DNA from: Rebecca billardiae RCC1528
Lineage: Eukaryota; Protista; Haptophyta
Assembly (NCBI GenBank): GCA_965240325.2
Contig: OZ251233.1
Span: forward strand, 620,001 to 684,000
DNA length: 64,000 nt
Direction: 5' to 3'
The first letter of the stretch is position 1. Every line of letters starts with the position of its first letter. Made by a program: the position numbers and the translations under genes. Below the pieces are notes generated by a model that searched no databases, was not told the origin of the DNA, and saw nothing but the letters and a program-made list of their open reading frames with translations. Below, one piece after another: positions 22,580-34,416 of the stretch.

Positions 22580-24420
22580 GGGATGGTACCACGGCGGGCG
22601 GCGGCGGTCGACGCAGCTGTCAGCTCGGCGGTGCGCGCCCGAGGGGCCTAGGTGACGAACGCGCCGAGCGCGGTGTCGCTGCTCGCTTCGCCCAGCGCGC
22701 GCGAGCCGCTGCCATCGGGTGCCGCTGGGCACGCGCCCAGCTCGGGCTGCAGCAGCTGCACTCGACTCCGCGCCGAGTGCGGCGGCAGCAGCAGGGATGG
22801 TGCCACGGCGGGCTGCGGCAGTCGCTGGAGGTGGCAGCTCGGTGGTGCGCGCCCGATGAGCCTGGGCGCTGGGCGCACCGAGCGCGGTGACGCTGCTCGC
22901 CTCGCCCAGCGCGTTCGAGCCGCTGCCATCGGGCGCCGCTGCGCCCTCGCCCAGCTTGGGCAGCAGCAGCTGCGCTCGACTCCGCGCCGAGTGCGGCGGC
23001 AGCAGCAGGGATGGTGCCACGGCGGGCTGTGGCAGTCGCTGGAGGTGGCAGCTCGGTGGTGCGCGCCCGATGAGCCTGGGCGCTGGGCGCACCGAGCGCG
23101 GTGACGCTGCTCGCCTCGCCCAGCGCGTTCGAGCCGCTGCCATCGGGCGCCGCTGCGCCCGCGCCCAGCTTGGGCAGCAGCAGCTGCGCTCGACTCCGCG
23201 CCGAGTGCGGCGGCAGCAGCAGGGATGGTGCCACGGCGGGCTGTGGCAGTCGCTGGAGGTGGCAGCTCGGTGGTGCGCGCCCGATGAGCCTGGGCGCTGG
23301 GCGCACCGAGCGCGGTGACGCTGCTCGCCTCGCCCAGCGCGTTCGAGCCGCTGCCATCGGGCGCCGCTGCGCCCGCGCCCAGCTTGGGCAGCAGCAGCTG
23401 CGCTCGACTCCGCGCCGAGTGCGGCGGCAGCAGCAGGGATGGTGCCACGGCGGGCTGTGGCAGTCGCTGGAGGTGGCAGCTCGGTGGCGCGCGCCCGATG
23501 AGCCTGGGCGCTGGGCGCACCGAGCGCGGTGACGCTGCTCGCCTCGCCCAGCGCGTTCGAGCCGCTGCCTCCGGGCGCCGCTGCGCCCGCGCCCAGCTTG
23601 GGCAGCAGCAGCTGCGCTCGACTCCGCGCCGAGTGCGGCGGCAGCAGCAGGGATGGTGCCACGGCGGGCTGTGGCAGTCGCTGGAGGTGGCAGCTCGGTG
23701 GTGCGCGCCCGATGAGCCTGGGCGCTGGGCGCACCGAGCGCGGTGACGCTGCTCGCCTCGCCCAGCGCGTTCGAGCCGCTGCCATCGGGCGCCGCTGCGC
23801 CCGCGCCCAGCTTGGGCAGCAGCAGCTGCGCTCGACTCCGCGCCGAGTGCGGCGGCAGCAGCAGGGATGGTGCCACGGCGGGCTGTGGCAGTCGCTGGAG
23901 GTGGCAGCTCGGTGGTGCGCGCCCGATGAGCCTGGGCGCTGGGCGCACCGAGCGCGGTGACGCTGCTCGCCTCGCCCAGCGCGCTGGAGCCGCTGCCATC
24001 GGGCGCTGCTGCGCCCGCGCCCAGCTTGGGCAGCAGCAGCTGCGCTCGACTCCGCGCCGAGTGCGGCGGCAGCAGCAGGGATGGTGCCACGGCGGGCTGC
24101 GGCAGTCGCTGGAGGTGGCAGCTCGGCGGTGCGCGCCCGATGAGCCTGGGCGCTGGGCGCACCGAGCACGGTGACGCTGCTCGCCTCGCCCAGCGCGCTG
24201 GAGCCGCTGCCATCGGGCGCTGCTGCGCCCGCGCCCAGCTTGGGCAGCAGCAGCTGCGCTCGACTCCGCGCCGAGTGCGGCGGCAGCAGCAGGGATGGTG
24301 CCACGGCGGGCTGTGGCAGTCGCTGGAGGTGGCAGCTCGGTGGCGCGCGCCCGATGAGCCTGGGCGCTGGGCGCACCGAGCACGGTGACGCTGCTTGCCT
24401 CGCCCATCGCGCTGGTGAGC
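22580..24420 (+). repeat. 107-bp tandem minisatellite, left arm (~17 units)
   Basis: Identical ORF starts recur every 214 bp (22887, 23101, 23315, 23529...), i.e. two units of 107 bp. Confidence 0.9.
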
Positions 24421-25319
24421 CGCGGCCACCCGGCGCTGCGCTGTCTGCGCGCAGCCGGAGCAGCTGCAGCAGCTCAGATCAGCACCGTCGCGACTGCTCG
24501 GTCGATGCGTATGATGAACTAGAAGAGTGACGACGATGAATTCGTCTCGTCATCTGCTGCTCATAATCAATATAAATGCGCGCGCGCGGCTTATTGACGA
24601 GCAGAGTGCTAGCTCCGGACTGACTCAAATAGTCACCGCCGGCGGATATTATATCCCGCGGCGGGCGCGTCCCCGCCGGATCATTGAGTGACTGTGACTG
24701 CGGTCGCGGACGTGATTATGATGACGACATGATACGATAGAAGTCGTAGAGGCGGTAGACTTGTACGGATCGCACTTACAGTAGCAGTCGGATGATGACG
24801 GGCGGGCTCCGATCACGGACACCGGCCGCGACTACGGTAATGATGATGAGTGATGACTCGGCCGTGAGTGATCAATGCGCCGACGATGACTGTATCGCGC
24901 CGACTTAGATATACGGTCCAACTATGACCGGCCGGGCCGTGCGCGGCGGCAGACCGGATATCCGATGGCGACGCGACTCATCATCGTCAGTATATATATA
25001 TATACAAGTTCTCATCTGGCCGCACCGTCAGTCATATATATGGCACTCTGCCGTGATCAGTCGAGCGCGTGACGGACACAGTTCCGTATAAGGCTCATTA
25101 CCACGTCCACGGGCACGGCGCCACCCGCCCACCGGTCGCCAATGATGCCCGAATAGACGCCGCCTCGCCGGCTGCTGCTGCTGCCTGCGCCCCGGCACAA
25201 GCGACTCGCTCAGCTACTTCATACGCAGCGACCGAGCAGCAGTCGCGGTAGTAATCTGCTGAGCAGCAGCAGTTAATCACCGCCAGCCTGCTGCTGCTGC
25301 TGCCTGCCACGACACGGCA

Positions 25320-27660
25320 CGCGGCGTGGAGTCGAGCCGGCAGAGTCTGCAGCTGCCCGGGCGGTGCAGCAGCATCAGATGGCAGCGGCTCGAGCGCGGT
25401 GGGCGAGGCGAGCAGCGTCAGCGCGCTCTGTGCGTCCAGCGCCCAGGCCCCTGGGGCACGAACCGCCGGGGTGTCAGCTCCAGCGACCGCCGCCGGCCGC
25501 CGTGGCACCATCCTTGCTGCTACCGCCGCACGCGGTGGGAAGTCGAGCGCAGCTGCTGCTGCCCAAGCGGGGCGCAGGCGCAGCAGCATCGGATGGCAGC
25601 GGCTCCAGCGCGCTGCGGGAAGCGAGCGGCGTCACCGCGCTCAGTGCGCCAAACGCCTAGCCCCCTCGGGCGCGCACCGCCGGGCTTTGAGCTCCAGCGA
25701 CCGCCGCCGCCAGCCGTGGCACCATCCCTGCTGCTGCTGCCGCACGCGGCGCGGAGTTGAGCGCATCTGCTGCTGCCCCGGCTGGGCGCGGGCGCAGCAG
25801 CGCGCGATGACAGCGGCTCCAGCGCGAGAGGAGAGGCGAGCGGCGTCAGCGCGCATAGTGCGCCCGCCACGCAGGCTCCTCGGACGCGAACCACCTAGCT
25901 GCCAGCGGCAGCGCCTGCCGCCGCCCGCCGTGGCACCATCCCTGCTGCTGCCGCCGCACTCGGCGCGGAGTCGAGCGCAGCTGCTGCTGCCCAAGCTGGG
26001 CGCGTGCCCAGCGGCACCCGATGGCAGCGGCTCGCGCGCGCTGGGCGAGGCGAGCAGCGACACCGCGCTCGGCGCGTTCGTCACCTAGGCCCCTCGGGCG
26101 CGCACCACCGAGCTGCCAGCTCCAGCGACTGCCGCAGCCCGCCGTGGCACCATCCCTGCTGCTGCCGTCGCACTCGGCGCGGAGTCGAGCGCAGCTGCTG
26201 CTGCCCAAGCTGGGCGCGGGCGCAGCAGCGCCCGATGGCAGCGGCTCCAGCGCGCTGGGCGAGGCGAGCAGCGTCACCGCGCTCGGTGCGCCCAGCGCCC
26301 AGGCTCATCGGGCGCGCACCGCCGAGCTGCCACCTCCAGCGACTGCCGCAGCCCGCCGTGGCACCATCCCTGCTGCTGCCGCCGCACTCGGCGCGGAGTC
26401 GAGCGCAGCTGCTGCTGCCCAAGCTGGGCGCGGGCGCAGCAGCGCCCGATGGCAGCGGCTCCAGCGCGCTGGGCGAGGCGAGCAGCGTCACCGCGCTCGG
26501 TGCGCCCAGCGCCCAGGCTCATCGGGCGCGCACCACCGAGCTGCCACCTCCAGCGACTGCCGCAGCCCGCCGTGGCACCATCCCTGCTGCTGCCGCCGCA
26601 CTCGGCGCGGAGTCGAGCGCAGCTGCTGCTGCCCAAGCTGGGCGCGGGCGCAGCAGCGCCCGATGGCAGCGGCTCCAGCGCGCTGGGCGAGGCGAGCAGC
26701 GTCACCGTGCTCGGTGCGCCCAGCGCCCAGGCTCATCGGGCGCGCACCGCCGAGCTGCCACCTCCAGCAACTGCCGCAGCCCGCCGTGGCACCATCCCTG
26801 CTGCTGCCGCCGCACTCGGCGCGGAGTCGAGCGCAGCTGCAGCTGCCCCGGCTGGGCGCAGGCGCAGCAGCGCCCGATGGCAGCGGCTCCAGCGCGCTGG
26901 GCGAGGCGAGCAGCGACACCGCGCTCGGCGCGTTCGTCACCTAGGCCCCTCGGGCGCGCAGCGCCGAGCTGACCGCTGCGTCGACCGCCGCCGCCCGCCG
27001 TGGCACCATCCCTGCTGCTGCCGCCGCACTCGGCGCGGAGTCGAGCGCAGCTGCAGCTGCCCAAGCTGGGCGCGGGCGCAGCAGCGCCTGGTGACAGCGG
27101 CTCGAGCGCGCTGGGCGAGGCGAGCAGCGTCACCGCGCTCGGTGCGCCCAGCGCCCAGGCTCATCGGGCGCGCGCCACCGAGCTGCCACCTCCAGCGACT
27201 GCCACAGCCCGCCGTGGCACCATCCCTGCTGCTGCCGCCGCACTCGGCGCGGAGTCGAGCGCAGCTGCTGCTGCCCAAGCTGGGCGCGGGCGCAGCGGCG
27301 CCCGGAGGCAGCGGCTCGAACGCGCTGGGCGAGGCGAGCAGCGTCACTACGCTCGGTGCGCCCAGCGCCCAGACTCATCGGGCGCGCACCACCGAGCTGC
27401 CACCTCCAGCGACTGCCGCAGCCCGCCGTGGCACCATCCCTGCTGCTGCCGCCGCACTCGGCGCGGAGTCGAGTGCAGCTGCTGCAGCCCGAGCTGGGCG
27501 CGTGCCCAGCGGCACCCGATGGCAGCGGCTCGCGCGCGCTGGGCGAAGCGAGCAGCGTCACCGCGCTCGGCGCGTTCGTCACCTAGGCCCCTCGGGCGCG
27601 CACCGCCGAGCTGACAGCTGCGTCGACCGCCGCCGCCCGCCGTGGTACCATCCCCGCAGC
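25320..27660 (-). repeat. 107-bp tandem minisatellite, right arm, inverted (~22 units, more diverged toward the centre)
   Basis: Reverse complement of the left array, with the same 214-bp ORF periodicity (26277, 26491, 26705). Confidence 0.9.
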
Positions 27661-30600
27661 TGTGCGGCCGCATGAGCAGCGTGGAGTTGAGTACCGCCGC
27701 TGTTGGCGCGGGTGCTTGAAGCAGCACCGGATGGTTGGTCCTGCACGTCTGAGCACAGTTATGCACCAACTGCTCTCCTGGATGCGTTGCGAGACCAGGG
27801 CTCACCATCCGTGATCCGTGCTCAGCCTCTCAGCCTCGCTGAGCAGAGCAGCACCTCACCCGCTCGCAGCTGCGGCGGTGCCGCCTCCTTGCTGTCCGAC
27901 AGCAAGTAGAGGACAGCATGCCAGCACCAGTGGGCACGGTCGATGCGTGTTCGGTGCCTGTGAGTGTTCGCCCTAGCTCGGCCGTCACTGCAAGGTGGGC
28001 GATGATGAGGTGTTTGGCAGCACAGGTCACGGCCGCGAGCAAGGGTGATGTGCACCGGTGTGGAGGCATGTACCGGAACGTACCGGTGGCCCTGCTGCTT
28101 GCCGGCCTTGCCCCCTCCTTCTCGACCTTGGTTGCCTCCTCAACGCGCTGCTCCCACGCATGAGCTCTGCGACGCCGTCCGCCCTGCCCACCGGCGGCCC
28201 GCAGGCGGTGACGCCCCGCCTGGGCTGTGGACAGCTGCCCCATGCTGAGCCAAGTTGCAGCCGGCCGCAGTGCGTCCCCGTGCACACGCAAACTGGGCGA
28301 TTCGGCCCAGTTTGCGATGGCACGGCCGCAGTGGGCGCGTGCCATCTGAAACTGAGGCTTTTCCCCAGTTTACTGACCCGCGAAGCCCCCCACTGTGCCA
28401 TCGCAAACTGGGCCAAAAGCCCCAGTTTCAGCTGGCATCCGCCACTGCAGAGCGCCAAACCTTATTGGCGGCACACCGACAGATGTCGCGGATGCTCGCG
28501 TGGTCGGTTATCGAAACGGCAAGGCGTTCCGCACGGCATAGGATAGCACGAATGGCATATGCGAGTGAGTACCTCTCCACACATTCTTGTAGGTTGTCCT
28601 AGGAGGACCGTTTGTATGAAAGTAATCCCCACGCCACATACAAACAATCGAGATCGCGGGCGCGAACATTGTCCTATTTGCCAATACGGTAGAGGAGTCG
28701 GGGGGGGAGCATCAGGTAAAAGTGTGTTGTGCGTAAATTCCCCTTTATAACGGGCTCCGGGTGATCAGACTGGCGGCCGAAGCCTCCAGCCCTACCCTGG
28801 CCAGCCCCCAACCAACCACCACCCTCACCCAACCTCTAACCACTGACCGATACACCAAAGTTGGTCACCAAGTGCCTTGACACCACTCCGCTGTGGACAG
28901 CCCGCCTCCAGAGGGGGCGGGGGTATGCCATTGCCGACAGCATACAAGCCCAACACTGTGGGGTGGTCCCAGGTACCAGCAGTGCACTGCCTTGCAATTC
29001 GAGATCATCGAGTTTGAGCCCAGTCCGAGTCGGCAGACTGGGCACCCCTTAGGGTGCCCCAGTGTGGGCAGAGGGCCAGCCACTAGCCGATCCCTGCGCG
29101 GGGGAGGGGACGGAGGGGGCTGTCAGCGAGCCCAGTAGCTGGGCCGGGGTCTGGGCCACTGGTCCTGGCAGTGAGGCGCCTGTATTTCACTCGTGCTGCT
29201 ATGGAGGCAGATGGTGTCATGTCAGACATGTGTGCGATATCGGGCATCAAGTCAGGGCGTGAGCCTGCAGGCGGTCTTGCGTGTCGCGGTCGTGGCTTTT
29301 CGGTGAACTCGATGCAGGGAGCTCTTGCGTGGACAAGAGGCTCTCGCCCAGTGCCACTGCGGCATCGCGGGTGAGTTGCCCGCGGCCGCAAAGTCATCGT
29401 CACCACCATGGTGACTCAACAGTCACGGTGTACTGTCTTGGCCTACCCCAGCCAGTGAGAGTACGCACTACGACTGACTGGCACAGCCCAAAGCGTGGAG
29501 TGTACGATGTCCTCGCGTTGAGCACAGAGCATTGCGAGGCCTGGTCAAGGTCGGACACTCTGCGTAGCTAGTCAGCTAACAATCGGCTGAGGTACTGGCA
29601 GGAGTTGTCGCCGTGCGCGGTATCACGATGGCTGCAGCCTCCTTAACGATGGTGTGCGCCCGTGACACATGCCCTTGCGACGTGGGTGCCATTCAGCTAG
29701 AGGTCAGAGACTGGCGTGGCGAACCGTCGAACCGCCGCGGATACGTGGCGGGCTATGGCCTACTAAGACTGACGACTGTACGGCGGTACCATTCCGAAGA
29801 CTGTGACATCTGGACCTCTGCAACGGTATCATCAGTGGTACCTAGAATAGAGTCGTGCCTCGATGCGTTATGTTTAGCCTCCAAAGCTGCTATATACCGT
29901 CAGCAATAGCGAGCATTGTGGCCGCACTGCCACTCACCCTTCCGGCTTCCGCCGGATGCGGCCGGACCCGCCCCGTGCTATCTCCGAGTAGCCGCACCAG
30001 TACTATATTGTCATCATCCACTTTTACTGACCTGATGCTCGTATCATCGTCATTGTTATTCATCAAGCAGACCTACGGGCCGTTCGGCCGGTATCCGCCT
30101 TCTGCTATGAGCAGTCAGCGGCCGGCTCTCTCTACCCTGCCCTTGAGGCTGGTCGTGCGCGACTGCGCGTGCTCGCCGCCGACGGCCGATCCGATCGGCC
30201 AATCCCAAAGTTGTATCGCCAGTAGTCTGCACATCGTCGTCGTGCTTGAGCAGCCAGCACATCACCGGCGGGCCGTCACGCCGCGAGACTTCGCTGTGGA
30301 GTCTGCCAGCCGGTGATGGGCGGATGGTCAGACCAGTCGTTCAGAGCGATGAGAACATCTCGCGCCACTAGCGCATCACAGACAGCAGGGCGAGTGCTGC
30401 TGCACAGTGGCACAGTCACTCTCTAGCCTATTCTGAGACCAAAAATGTGCGTGGCGTACGGTAGCTGATCCTGCTGTGCAACGAACGCCGTCATCAACGG
30501 CCGTACTGTGTTTCATTCAGAGCGATTGAGGGGTGCCTGGGAGCCCTGGACGTGCGGTCGACTGTGCGCCCCTTTTATTCTCTTCTTCTAAGGCAACTGT

Positions 30601-30673
30601 ACCTGTTACTGGTACCATCGGCGACGGCTAGACATGGGCGCTGACAGTTGGCGGGCGTCAATCTCGCCTGCCT

Positions 30674-30864
30674 TATAATATATATATATATATATATGTG
30701 TATATATATATGTGTGTATGTATGTATGTATGTATGTATGTATGTATGTATGTATGTATGTATGTATGTATGTATGTATGTATGTATGTATGTATGTATG
30801 TATGTATGTATGTATGTATGTATGTATGTATGTATGTATGTATGTATGTATGTATGTATGTATG

Positions 30865-30960
<96 letters not shown>
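30674..30960 (+). repeat. Compound microsatellite (TA)n-(TATG)n-(TG)n
   Basis: Direct observation. Confidence 0.97.
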
Positions 30961-30962
<2 letters not shown>

Positions 30963-31592
30963 CGTTATAGGGAGTCACTAACTGAGTGTCTATGAGCGAC
31001 GCCAAGAATCCGGCTCGCATGGCATTCCTGCGTTGTCCCGCGCGCACCGCCGCGCGCAGGAGTCCTGGTGCGCTGCCAATCTGGCCCACAGCGGCGCACC
31101 TGCAGGACTCGGTTGGTTACCGCTCGTCGGGGCGATCAGGTTTCGCTCTCGGGGCGCCAGTTGGGCTGCTCACGACGAAGGCGCCGAGCTGGGCAGGGGG
31201 CCTTCGCCTGCATCGGACCACTGAGGTGCACTCTCCGCTGCAGGAGGTGCACCGCGGTCGCCGCAGCCCCTCTGCTCGGTAAGGTCGCTGGCTGTCTGTG
31301 TGGCCCGGCTCCCCACCTCGGATCGTTCGGCGGCGCCGCGACGACATCATCTGTCCTCGCCGCGTCGCCCCTCATGCCATCCTGGCCTCTTGCTCTCGCC
31401 GCTGTCGCGTCAACCCGCACGCTTCATCGTTGTTCGTTGCTCAAATCCCAACATAGCTAACCTGACGATCGTTCCATGATCATCGTGGTCGTCTACTCCA
31501 CGACGCCACGCGCCGCGACCATCCAGCTCCAAAGTCCAGTCTCTGTCTTACCCGACGCCTTGTACGAGCGGGGCATGGCGGAGTGGCTAGAC

Positions 31593-31741
31593 ATATCTAT
31601 ATCTATATCTATATAGATCTATATAGATATCTACATCTACATCTACATCTACATCTACATCTACATCTACATCTACATCTACATCTACATCTACATCTAC
31701 ATCTACATCTACATCTACATATATATATATATATATATATA
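31593..31741 (+). repeat. Compound microsatellite (TCTATA)/(TCTACA)n-(TA)n
   Basis: Direct observation. Confidence 0.95.
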
Positions 31742-32744
31742 TTAGTATTCTAAAGTAGCTACTAGTATAAGTTTCAAACTGTTGCTCTGCACTCGGACAG
31801 GCTACGCGGAGCAACCGAATCGGCAATAATCGTCATCACTGACGGATGTCGATGGCGAGTCCGCTGAGCAGCCATCAGGCAGCACACGTCAGGCGAGCTT
31901 GCCCGTCCATGCCATCACTTACGAGGCCACGCGCCTTGCAAATCGGCGGCAAGGTGGTGCAAGCCAGCATCAACTGGTCAGCCTATTCGCCTTCTGGCTG
32001 GTCCGGCGGCGCGCCGTCGTCCACCACCAAGGCCGGAGCGACATCATGTACACTGCGGCAGATGGGTCGCGCCTAAAGTAACGTGATGAGAACGAGCCGG
32101 TCTGACTCAAACCGACGCACACCGCCGCACCTGAACGTGCTCGTAGGCCGACACCAGGCACAAGCTCGGGCCGTGTCCGTAGGACAGTAACACAGTTCGG
32201 TCCGATCTTCCGACCAAGAAGGTGGCTTCACGACGACCGGTCTGGAGTCAAATGTCAATGCACTTCTCGTTTGCAATCGCCGCGCACCGGCGCGCTCGAG
32301 CATTCTCTCGCCGTGCGCGCATGCGCAGCGCAAGCGCAGATTGCAATTCTGTCCCGCTCGGAGGCCTGGGTGGTGAGGCACCGCTTGCCCAGCCAGGGAG
32401 GTGACCGTCGTCGGTCGGTAAGGTCAACGCGATCCTTCCACGCGGTAGTGGGGACCATAGCTATCGTGTATGGAGTACGTAGATAAGGAACCCTCACCTG
32501 GACCCCGTAATCATTATTACTCGTATTTGTGGGCGATTCTCATCGTTTTCAATTGTTGGTAACAGTCTTCATCGGGCGCGTGCGCGACGAGATCACGCGA
32601 GATTGCTTCGATGGGAATCCACTCACTTAGAGGCTCATGTTCTCATGCTTGTTGAAAGATGGATCGCGATCCCAATTGTGCCGAACTCGCGGTTGCTCAT
32701 CTTGGCGAAGCGCCGTGGCTTGCGGGCCGTCGTTCGATGAGGAG

Positions 32745-33663
32745 ATGGATGGCTCGCTCAGCCCAAAACCCGACACCGAAAACCTGCCACACCTACTCGA
32801 CGTAGTGGTCCAGCTCGAGGAGCAGGTTGGCAGGTGCGAATGGGCTCGAGGACACCCTCGCCCCCGTCCGAGCGCGCTTAGGCGCCGGGCTCTGCAGCTC
32901 TGCAGCATGCACGCTGCTCGAACAGGCCGGCGACGCGCGCGTCAGTGCAGTTGTGAGCGGGACATCTTCTGACACGCCCACACCATGCGCCGCGGCCCCT
33001 ACTATGGCGTGCGGCAGGCTTCAGGATGAGCACGCAGAAAATGCGCTAGGTACCCAGCAAATGATCCACGACATGCTGCGCATGGTGTGCGCCGCGCGCG
33101 CACCCGATGCCAGCCGCCCGAGCCGGCTATACGCAGCTGGCACGCCACTCGCTGATCCCACCCCTGCGCGTTCTGCGCGCGGCGCGCCGCACACGCCGCA
33201 CTGAATGCGGATGGCCGCGCAGGTCGAAGTGCTGGAAGACAAGAGGAGGAAAAGGCGACGTCCACACGCGTCTCCTGCGCCGCTTGATGATCGAGCTGAA
33301 GCCGAGGCCTATGATGATGGTGGTGGTGGCGGCGGCGGTGCCGCCTCTTCGTACTTGGCTGTTTCGGTCGCCAGCGCGAACTCCGCGAGCACCGGCAGGC
33401 AATACGCCAACACCAAGCAGCCCAGCAAGCATACCACACCCTCTTTCGACGTGCGCCCGTCCGCGGACGACGTGAGAAGGGCACCGCTGTCGTACGACGA
33501 GCTGCACTGCGCAACGCTTGCCACAGAACATGCATCATGCGTGGAGCGGCCTTCGTCGCCAGGCGCAGACGGCGTGGCCGACCCGCCCGCCGCATGCGGA
33601 GCTAGGCAAGGCCACTCGGCCTGGGACAGAGATGACGATCTGAATTCGGGTCATGATGGCTGA
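32745..33663 (+). CDS. Hypothetical 198-aa protein, 3 exons (32745-32833, 33018-33084, 33223-33663), N-terminal coiled-coil and basic NLS-like patch
   Basis: Two GT-AG introns give a continuous frame: MDGSLSPKPDTENLPHLLDVVVQLEEQVGRLQDEHAENALGTQQMIHDMLRMVEVLEDKRRKRRRP... Confidence 0.55.
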
Positions 33664-33937
33664 CCGTTCACCCCCGGGGCTCCGCGCGGGCGCGGGGCCT
33701 GCGTCCGTGCGAGCCGCGCAGATCACAGATGATATTGATAGTGTGGTCTCACTGTCAGAGCGCCTGCCGCCGGGCTGAGCAGCTGTCCCGCTGGCACGCC
33801 ACCTTGCGCACGCACGGCATCGGCGGCTGCCGAGTTATTGCCGAACCGGCGGCCTTCTAGTTCTGCCGCATCACGGCCCGCATGCATTATGGGGGCACCG
33901 TAACGGCGTAAGTACCCTCAACCCTGCGGCTGCAGGC

Positions 33938-34329
33938 TGCACGCCGCATTGCAGCGCCAGCCGCCGCCAGCAAGCCAGCTGAGCAGAGCGGCAAGCGCGC
34001 ACGCGGCCGCGCAGGGCACACGGGGACGACTACATCACCGCCGGATCACCCGCCAGGGCCCAGCGGCTGAGACCGCGGCCGTCTGACATCCGAACCTGCA
34101 CCCTCGCCCTCGCTAGTCGCTAGTCGCTGACGGGGCACAGCAGGTCCATGCGAGCCGCGCAGCGCAGGTGGATCGCGCTCCAGCAGCTCAAGGCCGCGCT
34201 CAAGCCATTCGATCGCGGTTCAGGCTATGCTCTGCCACCAGCGCCGACTTCGTGTCGACGATCGGGCACTGCCGACGACGAATCAGGAGACCTGCGCCGT
34301 CCTACCTGTGTCGTTAAATCATAGAATGA
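33938..34329 (+). mobile_element. 5'-truncated copy of the 45952-47030 element
   Basis: Matches ~46659-47030 and ends at the same terminus, GTTAAATCATAGAATGA. Confidence 0.8.
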
Positions 34330-34416
34330 GTCTGACGCCGGCGCGCCGCCGTGCTGGTCCGGGCCGGGGGGTGGTCCGGTCGGCGCACGGTGGCGAAAAA
34401 CGACCGGCCCCGGGCG

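Larger units (their letters stand above)
15166..28462. mobile_element. Composite foldback-like structure with long inverted arms; left arm interrupted by nested insertions
   Basis: The reverse complement of the right end (AGGTTTGGCGCTCTGCAGTGGCGGATGCCAGCT-GAAACTGGGG...) equals 15166-15180 + 16297-16314 + 21805 onward. ORF translations 21889-22404(+) and 27830-28345(-) are identical. No outer TSD was found. Confidence 0.7.

Noticed and set aside
22559-27675. Long 300-600 aa ORFs in the 107-bp arrays
   Set aside because: They are open in several frames on both strands because the GC-rich unit lacks stops. The unit length is not a multiple of 3, so the translation cycles through frames.
30648-31089. 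ORFs with YVCM/THTH/IYIY repeats (also 37681-38141, 52892-53302)
   Set aside because: They are translations of microsatellites.
31565-31592. tRNA-like A-box TGGCGGAGTGG (also the GGGGCGATGGCCGA start on the minus strand at 16980/21804)
   Set aside because: No B-box or T-arm and no cloverleaf could be built.
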